Source: Psammoneis japonica (taxonomy: Eukaryota). From it: 64,000 bases of DNA. The position numbers and the translations under genes were made by a program. Of this stretch, positions 51,642 to 62,439 are shown one piece after another (the first letter of the stretch is position 1; each line of letters begins with the position of its first letter). Location: contig QPGO01000006.1 of NCBI GenBank assembly GCA_008632985.1, positions 1 to 64,000 on the forward strand. The letters run 5' to 3'. The notes beneath the pieces were generated by a model, which saw only the letters and a list, made by a program, of their open reading frames with translations, had not been told where the DNA came from and did no database searches.

Positions 51642-54600
51642 GCCCTTGAAAACACGTATTGTTTCGGACCTCAGGTTTGCCTACGGCACTGGCCATGATC
51701 TCCAGTGTGGCAAGCTCAGTACTTCGTCAAAAGCAGAAACGATGGCAGCCAGTACTGGTTGCACAAACGACACCGTAACAATGCAAAGGCCGACCAGAAC
51801 CAAAAAGCTAGCGCAGCGTGTCTGAAAGATACGTGCGATGAGTGTCTTACTTGGGCCTACAAAGAACGTGAACTAACAGCAGAAGAGAAGAAACAAATCA
51901 GCAAGCAATCGAACGCACGAACAGCAATCACACCTGCAAGGACTAGGAACCTACGATACCTTTGTAAATGCCCTGGATTGCTGGAAGGCGCTGGGCAGAT
52001 CAGTGCTGCCTCTCTTACCAAGCCGAAAAAATACTCCTTTCATTGCCGCTGGCTGGAATCGTCTCAAGAACGGATCAACGTCCTGACTCGAATGATGAAT
52101 AATTTTCGGTTTGCTGTCCGGGTTGGCAGTAAGACACCCCAAGCTGCGGTTGTGCAGAGGCTACTATACCTTGCCCAGCTGCAAGTGCTGCACATGTGTA
52201 CATTATTCACTCCTACCGACATTGAGTAGTGCGGAAGCGTGGGCAATTTCCGAAACCGGACAAACCAACAGATCCGCTCCGTTAGAAGCTGTTCTCTGCG
52301 GCTCCGACGGGAATACTTCATCCCGAAGCTACGGCGGAGGTACTTGTTGATAAAGATGGCGAATAATCCATAAATTTTGAGGCCATTGTTTGGAACAACA
52401 CAGGGCACTCTCTCTCCACATTGTGGTGCACTCTCTGACCCAGACCTCGCCGCACACATCTCATGCAGCATGAGGAGTCACTGTCGTGAAAGTCGCCAAA
52501 GCAAATGCAACCCAACTGTCAAACGACGTTTACATCGACTGTAAGAGCATTCCCAATTACACTCATGCGATGCTGCATGATAAGGTGAACAACGTATGAT
52601 AAGTACCAAAAGGTGAGAGAGGCATCAGAGCAACAGAGACAACAAAATTCTGAAACATCGTAAGAATATTGCAAAAGACTAGTGACAACGCGTTGATCAG
52701 TCTTCCACAGATTGTGGACGAACCAGAGCACCAACTGACACAGCTGTAACAAATGCAGACAATGTGAATAAGAGAGACAATATATTAGTGACTTACCCTG
52801 TGCAAAGGCCTCGCGACAACGCTCCAAGAAGTGTTTCGCAACATCTTGTGTTTGTTGCTGCTTGCTGCATCAAGATTGTGCTGGTGTGTTGTTTTTTCTC
52901 GCGGATGTGAAACAGTCGCGCACTTTCACTCTGCGCGTCGTCGCGCGTCAAAGCAACAATGCATCGATCGTCGCTTTCACACACCTTTTTTGTGGTCACA
53001 GTCACACACTTTTCTTTTTGCAAGGATCGCAAAAACAGATGAATTCTAGCTGGAGAGATGCCACCTGGTGCACTGCTGCTGCTGCTGCTGCTTTTTCCTT
53101 TCTCTGAGTTGTTTTCAATCAAACAAGAGCCAAACACGTGCCTTGAGCTGCGACCCCCCCTTTGTTTGGGCAAAACTGCCAAGCCATGGAAAATGCAGCT
53201 GTCCAAGATTGTGGTGTCCAGCACATTGGTTGGTGCGAGGCCAGCAACACCACCATGATTTTTTGCTCCTCCAGCTCCGGGCCAGCTCCAGGTGGCACCT
53301 CGTGCTGTGTGCTGCGCGGCTGCAACAGCCATGAGAGCATTTTTTTCAGCGCGCCACAGGATGGAAAAAAAGAGCAACAAGGTGATTTTAACATCTTGCA
53401 CAAACCCGGCAAATGACAACACATCATTGGAGCTCTCATGGCTTGAGGCTGCTTTGCAGTCAATGGTCCAATGCAGTCAGCCTCAACACACAAAGCTCCC
53501 ACCACAAATTGTGCTCAATGAGGAGCGTCGTTTTGTGCATCGCCTGGGGCTGGAGCGCATCTCCAGCAAGCTCACAACAAACAAGAACAGGCTGCTCTGT
53601 TCATTCTGCAAGCTTGTCTCCCAACATTGTGCCATTTGCCACAAAAGAGCTCTCAAGCACACATGTCTTGCTCATGTTTGCAAACAGCTGGTGCACAAAG
53701 AAATGTGATGCAAGTGTTCTTGCCAGCACTCTCTTTTTCATTCTTGTCATTGCTCCCACCCAGACTGGCATCTTGTTTGTCAAAACATTTGACAGCAGCA
53801 CCCGTGCACTTTCCTGTCATGGAATTGAGGGAGAAAATCATCTGGCCCAACATGCTTTGTCAACAACATGCACAAATCTTTGGGAAAGCTCCCTCCTTTT
53901 GTGCCACTGCTTGTTTCGCTCACTTCAAAAGGGGATGGGTTCCAGCCACATGTGAACAAAAACATGCACAAAAATGGCACTTGCCCAATTTTTGCATGGT
54001 CTCCAACTTGCAAATGAGAGCTTTCACTTCCAAAAGTGTGGATTTGTCTAAATTTCAATGTTGGCAATGTCATTGTTTTGGTGCAATCAATGTTCTTTGT
54101 TGTGCTGGCAAATGAGCTGCAACACAAAAGGTGATTTTTGCCAAAATTTTTGAAGATTCACACACCATTGTTGCTGTTTGAAGGTTGACTCAAAATGTTT
54201 CTGCGTGCATTTCACAGGAGTGATCTGCTTGAACAAAATTCTCTGCAGCATGAGTGCCGATGCACAGTTAGAATTGTTTTCACTGAAAACTTTTGTGACA
54301 CATGTTCCTCCATGAAGACTTGAGCACCAATGAAAAAGTTGCTTGAATGTGTGTGCTCGAATCAAGTGCCAAAGCCAGAGCGCACAATCATTCTCAACAA
54401 ACAGCCTCAGTGCACAAAGCTTGCACAAATTGTGCTCAAAAGGGAGCATCATTTTTGTGTGTCACCTGGGGCTGGAGCATGTCCCAGGCTTTGGCACTTT
54501 GACATCATCTCCACAAATTGCGGGTGGTCCAACTCTCCTCTTGCTGTGCAGCGAGCAGAAATGCCTGGCTGCCTGGAGAAGATGTTGTCAAGAATCAAAA

Positions 54601-55984
54601 CAGCAGCAATGTTGGTGGTGTTTTGGATTGGCGGCAGTGATGATTGACTTGATTGGCTGGAAACTGGTTGCACAAGATTGTTGCCTGGGGTCGTGGTGGT
54701 GGTGCAAAGATTGTTCAAGAGGACAGAGATGAGATTCCATGAGAAGTTGCTTGTGCCCTTGCTGGCATTGACACTCCAGGCCAGCTGACCTTCTTGACTT
54801 CTCCATCTGACCCCATTCTCAACAACCGAGCACTGCACCATGTGGCGGATCAAATGAAAAAGAGCACGCCCTCTTTTGTGAAAACGCAGCAAATTTGTGT
54901 GTCAACCCAAGTGTTGCAGGATTTGTGTCAATCCAAGCATTTCAGCATTTTTCAATGGATGTTGCATTCATTGCCCAGTGCAAGGGGCAAAAGTGATTTT
55001 GCTTTTCTTGGCCACCATTCTCTTTTTCTTCCTTGCTGTGCTCTTTTGTCGTTGTTGATGCCAGATTGTTCTTGTGCAGATGAAGAATAAAAGTGAATGA
55101 AAGCAAAGTTACAGACCACCTGTCCATCTCCAATCTCCTCCCACCAACTCAACCAGAAGTGACCAACAAGTTGAGTTCGAGTGAGTCACTTGCTTTGGTT
55201 GCTGGAATGTGTCATGGTCCCATTCCACAGTTTCTCCTCAAAAAGATTTTTGACATTTGCGGTGCCACAGTTCTTTTTCAGGAAAGCATCGAAATCAATG
55301 GATTCTGCACCCTTTGAATGTCCTTCCATTGCAAGAACAAAGCATTGAGACACCAGACTCTCCAGCAAAATGTTCCTTTGCCAACCGCGCATGATCTCCT
55401 CTCTCCAGCTTTGAAGCATTCTCTGTGACAAATCCAGTTACCCTGTTCCAAGCGACAGTTCGCAGGTGAGACACCACTTCTTCCATTGCTTCAATTTGCT
55501 GAGACACCACGGGGAAGTCCACATTCTTTTCATCGTCCAGCTTCTCGTTCAGGCAGGCCATGTGCAGTTGTTTGAGGACCGGCTAAATGCGCAGTGCACA
55601 TTTTTGAGTTTTTGGGTCTCATTTTGCGCTGAATGCGCAAAAATGCGCTGCTGTGTAGAAACATGCCAGGATTCTACGTGGCGTCACACCTGAACGTTGC
55701 AACACACTCGTGATGAGCTTGCAACTGCAACAGAAGTGATTGGCCCTCTCTAGAGACAAGAAGTGACAGTCACATCACAAAACTCACTGTCACATGCATT
55801 TGCAGCTGTCACCCACTCAAGCAAGTGACAGTGCTTGCTGTTCAGTCGTTCAAACATGCAGATCTCAAGAATGTCGCGTGGGATCTCAGTCACGGTTGTG
55901 AAGCTCGCGGCAGTGCGCAGACAGTGCGCACAGGGTTGGAGGGAGGCTGTGACGTCATCTGTCAGTGCTGCATCTACGCAGAGT

Positions 55985-58210
55985 GCACCACCCCTGTGGC
56001 AGGGGGAGCTGTGTGTGTGTGTGTGGTTGTGCGCGCACGGCTTCGCCGTGTGTTGAGTTTTAATGTCAATGTCCACATGCATGTGCACATTCCACAAGCA
56101 AAAATTCCTGTTCCACAGCTCCCCCAAAACTCCAACCACCAAAAACCGAGGGGTTGGAAGTGCACTTTCGGGAGCTCTTTTTCTCCGCACAAAAAACACG
56201 CATTTCGTCGACTCGACCATGATGATGCCTCATGGTTCTTCCCCATCGCCTTCCCAGGATGCCGATCCTGCTGACACCGTTGCCAACAACACTGGCACAA
56301 CAGGCAATGTCATCATTCCGGTTCTCGTGGGTGTGACACGTGCAAAATGAGATGCCACAAACTCACACTGTTGTTTGCATGCTCCACCGCCTCCCACAGA
56401 CACTGTCACGAATTCCAACACCGCACCTGCGTTTCGCCCCCCTGGCATGCCCGATGCTGTTGCTCCTGCCCTTGCTGCCACAGGTGCTGTTGATGCTGTC
56501 ATTGCATTTTGCCAATGACGTCCACAATGAAATGCCAATGACTCACACTTCTTTCATTCTCGCCCCACCGCCTCCCACAGATGCTGTCACGAATTCCAAT
56601 GCCGCACCTGCGTTTCGGCCCCCTGGCATGCCCGACACTGTTGCTCCTGCTCTCACTGCCGCAGGTGCTGTTGATGCTGTTGTTGTCTTTTGCCAATGAT
56701 GTCCACAACGAAGTGCTTGTAGCTCACACTTCTTTCATTCTCACCCCACCGCCTCCCACAGATGCCATCACGAATTCCAATGCCGCACCTGCGTTTCGGC
56801 CCCCTGGCATGCCTGACACTGTCAATCCCACCCTTGCTGCTGCAGTTGCTGTTGACACTGTTGTTGTTTTTGCTTTGGAAGGAACACAATGGATGACGGA
56901 TGACGGCGGACCAGGAAACCCATGCAACCACGGCCTGCTGATGGACGACACATCAATGGACATGAATGGCGCCTCTTGGTTGGCTCTCGAGTGCAGTCTA
57001 ATCTTTAGAATGTACAGACACATCACGCAGCTCTCTGCAAATTAGAAACCTGACAACAATTGGATGGCAGGCATGCTTTCACAGTTTTTTAGTTTCAAGT
57101 TGGAGAGGTCAGCGAATTGGCATTTGTTTGCAGGCGACTTGGCAAGGTTTCAAATGGTGCATGTGACTTGGACACTGCTCCATTTTCCAGGACCAGGTCA
57201 TCATGTGCAACTCCACAAGAGGCCACTCTCGCCGTTTGAATTCTACATGTGATGCACAACATGCTGTTTTTGCATGTTGCTAAAATGGAGGCAGGCAGCA
57301 ACGTGCTTTTGGCAAATGCTCACTGTGTTTGTCGCTGTTAGACCTTCACAACCAGTGCCTTGTTGACAGCCATGCTGCCACTTTGCATGCCGGCACCTTC
57401 TCTGCCCATGTTCCATCAGCTGCGTCCTCCTTCACATGTTGCTGCGGTTCATCTTGACACTTGTTGTTGGCTCCGATTGGCTCCGCTGGGCTCTGGGTGA
57501 GTCTCAATCACCTCCAGACAGACAAGGTTCTGCTTGGGAACAATCATCCTGAGAAAGGTTGTCACCATGCCTCCTGTCATAGATGCTCCTCTGCCATGCC
57601 CACTGAACCTTGACGTCGGTTTGTTGCTTTTGTTTTTTGACCTGGTTTCAGAGCTGCACCCCAGACCGTTTGAGAGAAGGCTCATCAGCACCTTCCACAA
57701 CACGGCGATGCGAACGAGAATCCAGTTTCTCCGGGGACGCAATGACAGGAGCAGACCAATCACGGTGCTGTGTTTGTGTTTCAGGCACAGGATCCGGCGA
57801 ACAGAAGACCAAATCCTCCGGATGGCAAATCGGCTGTGTTTGGGTGACGACAGCGGGTGCAACAGCACCGGCCATTGCAGGAGGGACTGCCGCATCAGAT
57901 GTGGCAGGCGGGGATGCGTCAGGTGGTGTGGGGGACGAAGAACGGGAGGTCGTCATGGTCGAGTCAACGAAACGCGTGTTTTTTGTGCGGAGAAAAAGAG
58001 CTCCCAAAAGTGCGCTTCCGACCCCTCGGTTTTTGGTGGTTGGAGTTTTAGGGGAGAATGTGGTTCAGGATTTTTCCTGCTGCCATCAGCATTTGTGCAC
58101 AAATGCACAAACAAATGTGAGGACATTTGCACAAAAATGTGATGAACAAGACACAAACTGCCACGCAACCATGACATCACCATGTTCTCCCCTGCCACAG
58201 GGGTGAGAAT
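55985..58210. repeat. Inverted repeat pair (about 55985-56230 and 57950-58210)
   Basis: cccc[ct]aaaactccaaccaccaaaaaccgagggg...ggagctctttttctccgcacaaaaaacacg...gactcgaccatga and cacccctgtggcagggg present in opposite orientations. Confidence 0.88.
56340..56875 (+). repeat. Tandem repeat, 3 x 181 bp
   Basis: ccaccgcctcccacaga starts at 56384, 56565 and 56746; copies differ mainly by CA<->TG. Confidence 0.9.
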
Positions 58211-59269
58211 GCACGCAGCCAGTTTCAGCGCACAAATGGAGTGGCGTGCTTTCAAAAATTCGGCGCGCATGCCTGATCTGCACAAAATGCACGCACGTAA
58301 AAATGCACTACAAAATTCGTAGAGATGTTCATTTGAATTCACTTCACACACAAACATCACGGCAACGACACCGCGACATCGGCGGTGGACGCACACAACA
58401 ACGACAGCAGACTGGGGGGTTGTGATGCACTGAGACAACAACTGACATGATGAGAAATGAGGTGTCAATGTCAAATGACAATGATCGAGTTGTTTTGGGA
58501 GCTGGTTGAGCCATTGGTGACGAAGGGTTTTTGGCACGTGCAACTTGGCACTGAAATCACGCAGAGGTTTTGGCCACGGTGGGGCTGTTGTTTTTCACTT
58601 TTTTTGGGGTGCATTTTGTGTTTTCTCGGTCGATCGCATTGATGAAGCACTGAAGTGAGCACGCGACAACAGATTTTGACGAAAAGTTGGATTTTCATTC
58701 ATCACAGAGGATTGGCGCAGGGTTTTTAACACGGTGAAGCACGGGGGGACGATTTTTTCACCAGATTTGCAAGATCCTGCATCCCACCCAATTCGCGCGT
58801 AATGTCAGTGGATTGATGTATTTTTTACACGCAAGAAGCGCAACAACGTCGACACACCCGACATGACAGACTTCCCTGCTGTTGTCGTAATGAGTGAAAT
58901 CTTGTTGTGTTCGGTGCGTAGAGTCTAGTGCCATTTGTCCGCATGTAGACGAGTGCTGCGCACCGCACTTTTGGAAAGTGCGCCACTCCATGAGCGCAAA
59001 ACCGGGTTTCGACGAGCGCATTTAGCCGGTTGCAGTTTCATCGTGGGACCCCACAAATGCGGAGGGACCCGCAACCCGGAAATGTGTAGAGTTCTACGTG
59101 AATGCACGGGGACTGTTCACGCAGGTTTTGTGCCAGAGCTGTCTCGCGAACTGGGCGTTTTTTCGGATTTTTGTCGTAGAAACTGCACCAGTTTTGCGTG
59201 TGTAGGCTACATGTTTCAGCACCACATACAAAAATTCGCGTAGAGCTCTACAGGAGGGTCCCCTCCGTA

Positions 59270-60219
59270 TTTGTGGGGTCTCACGATGAAGTTGTTTCGT
59301 TGAGCATTCAATCACGCTGCTTCGAATGCTGTGGAGTGAGCGACACCAATCCGTCTTGAGCTTGACTCGTCGTCCTCCAGCCAATCGAAGGACATGGCCC
59401 TCGATGTTTTCTTGGGCGCGGATGCTCTGTTCATCCAATGAAGCTGCATCCAATCAAGGAACCCAAGCCTCCGCAATGCGAGGATGTTTGTCTACGTCGA
59501 GCTCGTAAAGGTCCAGACACTTGCCACCTTGATTGCTGCGTGTGCTCAACACCACTAGCGCTGGTTTGTTGCAGGCAAGCACCACTTGGTTTGGGGGTGA
59601 GACCCACTCGAGATTGACGGCACAACCATCCAGAGTGAGTTGCAAGAGTTCGTTGTAGAGCTCCGGTTGTTGCTTTAGCCACTCGTTGGCGTCTTTGGCT
59701 TGGTTGGGACCCGACAAGCCCAGACTTTGACGTGATTTTAGCCGAAGTTGCTGATCACCACGAATGGTGGCACGCAGGTAGGAAGACATGAGAGACCCAC
59801 CCGCTTTCTCTTCTATCCAGATGACCTTCGACAGGTTGAGGTTGGCCGTCATGGGATTCTCGGCCTCGGCATTCGAGAGCACCAGGACGTTGGAACTCGG
59901 TGCAGTGGGGAGCATGGCGGCAGCTAAATGTGCGGTGCGTTGTGTCCTGAAGTCGGCTGTCTTGGAAGTAGAAAGGATTCACACCTTGCTGCTTCGACGT
60001 ACATAGTTCCATGAGATTATGATAGAGACGCGTCCATTCAGAAACATCTCCAGCATCACAATGTGAAGCGCTAGTAGCATCTATGGGGAACACCGCCGTG
60101 GAAGTTCGTTGCGCAGAACGAGCAGCGACAGTTCGCTGCGAACGACGAGCAGAGAATGCCCTCGTCAAGAATGAAGTAGTCAAAGGCAGCAACACCGCAA
60201 AGAGACATAAAGGTGCCAT
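59270..60219 (-). pseudogene. rnl1: T4 RNA ligase 1 (Rnl1)-family gene with signal/transit-peptide-like N-terminus, inactivated
   Basis: LYHNLMELC, PGALECRG, ENPMT, EKAGGSLMSSYL (motif I KxDGS), NLEWVSPPNQVVLAC and ENIEGHV...KLKTDWCRSLHS are collinear with T4 Rnl1 as recalled. Deletion/frameshift near 59865, TGA at 59454-59456, truncated near 59270. Confidence 0.88.
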
Positions 60220-60879
60220 CGTAATCTACTCTGGAACAGCGTCGCTCTTAAAGTGTATGTTGTTGTTATGCTTGGGATCTCGTATCTAAGGGAAATCAAA
60301 ACGTGTCGAGAAGTGACCGTTTCCAGGGAAGGGAAACACGACGACTCTGGAGCGAGGCAAGCCGCAATGGGATGCTTGTAGCGGCCGCATCCTTCCTTTT
60401 TCACGTCTGTCAAATAAAGTAATCATTGGAATAATATCAAAGCCTCACAGTAGGCACGTCGAGACATGTATCGTACCGGTAGTCTGCAGAAGCAAGGTAG
60501 TTGGGTAGGACGTCTGCGGTTTGGGAGATAGCGATAGATGTTAGCAATTTTTTTCTTTTCTCAGCCATCATCGGCTTGACTTTCTTATTGTTAACATCGT
60601 ACACGGAAGGCATTATTGAGACGTTTATCGTGAAAGTAGTCACCGAAATTTTCCTGCTGGATTTCATCATCATAGAGCAACTACAACATAATGTTTCGGG
60701 CCTTTCCATCGAGACGGAGGTACATTCCTCTTTAGCTATATATCATCGTGACCATAACCCTACTATAGGATGATTCCGTTTCCATTCATTGCGTAACTTT
60801 CTTCTTACCCGAAGGCATCCATAGGAAGTAAGCAAGTGGATGAAGCCCTCCTGATTCGGTATATAATTTGGGCTCCATT

Positions 60880-62229
60880 CTAGCTGATGTCCTTTTCGGG
60901 AAATGTAGACTCTGAAACAAGCAACGCAGAGGCCTCTGTTGAGTGCAGTTCTTCCCTAGGAAGATCAACAACATTAACTACTGCAATGCCATTGTGTCCC
61001 GACAAAACTCTTCTGGCCGGTGCTTCGAACCATTGCGAAACGGCCAGCGACGCCATAATTGTGGCAATCCACTGAAAGGGTGCGTGCCACCAAGGAAGAC
61101 GGAATGTGAGACTGTAGTCTGACAATACGATATGCCAGTCTCCCATGAGAAATATCTTGACCGCCGCAGTATAATAGGCTAGTACCACAATGTGGAGACA
61201 ATACAAAACCAAGGAGAGCTGACCAAGCACCAGCAACGCCCGAGTAGACAAGATTTGTCGCGTCCAGCAAGTCCGGGCCGTGCCGTTGTCTGAAGAATCA
61301 TCGGCAAGCACCATGGAAGCTAGCCAAAGCGCATGTGCAGGAAACAAAATGGCTTCCAAAGCAATGGAGACATTGGTTCTTACCGATGAACCACAATAGT
61401 GTTGCACAATGGGTGCTTGGACGGCCGTCATGAGTAGCACCACAGATAGGGCATCCGTAAGAATGGCCCATTGCGAAGCCGATCCAATAGATGCTGTCGT
61501 TTCCCGCCGTTTCCGCTCAACCCATTCTCCCAAAAAGACACCGGCGAATATGTGAGGCAACCGACTCAAGCAGTGTACATGCCACACGAGCCAACCCATT
61601 TCGCGTTCAGCTTTAGGTATGGTAAACACGAGCGTCCAGAGTCCACCACTAAACAACCAAAAAGTAGCCATCCCGATCATCAGGGATCCATCGGTCCACT
61701 GTCGAATACGTTGCGACAGGACCGGAAAGCATGCATACCCGTAAAGGAATACAGCCACTTGCCACAGGACTCCACCCACATCAATAAGCGAAATAAACCA
61801 TCCTTGCAGGAAAAGAGCACACCCAGTAAAGGACCGCCATGCCGCAGCCTTGTCGGGTTGCTTGCATAGGACGAGGAGAATGGACAAATTCAATACCAGA
61901 GTCAAAAAGTATGTCGGAAAGAGCCGAGCGCAGCGTTTTCTCCAAAACAACCTGACGTTTGCCCAGGAATCCAATTTACTCGCATACAAGCGAGCCAAGG
62001 GAAGACCTGACAATATAAAGAACAGGGAAACCGCCTGGAGGTACTCGAATCCAACATTAACATCAAGAAACAAATCAGTTTGATGGCCGAGGAAAATTGC
62101 CATGGCGCAAACACCACGAAGGCCATTCAGTGGAACCATGTCGCGTAGCTGCGCGTTTCTGTCATGGGTTCCATGGTCATTCTGAGTGTTTTCAATGCGT
62201 TGCGAGAAAGCTTTCTTTGTCTCTGTCAT
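60880..62229 (-). CDS. Acyltransferase-3 (OafA/YrhL-like) membrane O-acyltransferase
   Basis: LNGLRGVCAMAIFLGH, AVSLFFILSG, FWRKRCARLFPTY, LGQLSLVLYCLH and WFEAP; many TM helices. Confidence 0.88.
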   Translation of the reverse strand: MTETKKAFSQRIENTQNDHGTHDRNAQLRDMVPLNGLRGVCAMAIFLGHQTDLFLDVNVGFEYLQAVSLFFILSGLPLARLYASKLDSWANVRLFWRKRCARLFPTYFLTLVLNLSILLVLCKQPDKAAAWRSFTGCALFLQGWFISLIDVGGVLWQVAVFLYGYACFPVLSQRIRQWTDGSLMIGMATFWLFSGGLWTLVFTIPKAEREMGWLVWHVHCLSRLPHIFAGVFLGEWVERKRRETTASIGSASQWAILTDALSVVLLMTAVQAPIVQHYCGSSVRTNVSIALEAILFPAHALWLASMVLADDSSDNGTARTCWTRQILSTRALLVLGQLSLVLYCLHIVVLAYYTAAVKIFLMGDWHIVLSDYSLTFRLPWWHAPFQWIATIMASLAVSQWFEAPARRVLSGHNGIAVVNVVDLPREELHSTEASALLVSESTFPEKDIS

Positions 62230-62439
62230 ATGATAATGCTAAAGCTATGCACAAAGGAAATACACAACAGACCACAAACACGCCATTGTCAGCCAACGAG
62301 CAACGAGGCAGCAACAGGCCGCAGAACGACACTGAGATTTAGTCGTGAATGACGTCATTCTCATTCGTTTGTTGAAAGTTCCAATCGGATTTGCCACTCT
62401 TGGGATTCTACTGGGTAGTTTCCCTAACCACTAAACAGC

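Larger units (their letters stand above)
52820..58760. mobile_element. Degenerate TpA-depleted TE block
   Basis: TA nearly absent; contains an inverted repeat pair and a 181-bp tandem repeat. ORFs are Tyr-free and unassignable. Confidence 0.65.

Noticed and set aside
51705..52820. 174-aa ORF and downstream fragments
   Set aside because: No recognisable family or clear gene structure; possibly a TE fragment, but unsupported.
60437..60773. Short opposing ORFs between the RNA ligase and the acyltransferase
   Set aside because: No ATG-led coherent gene or motif.
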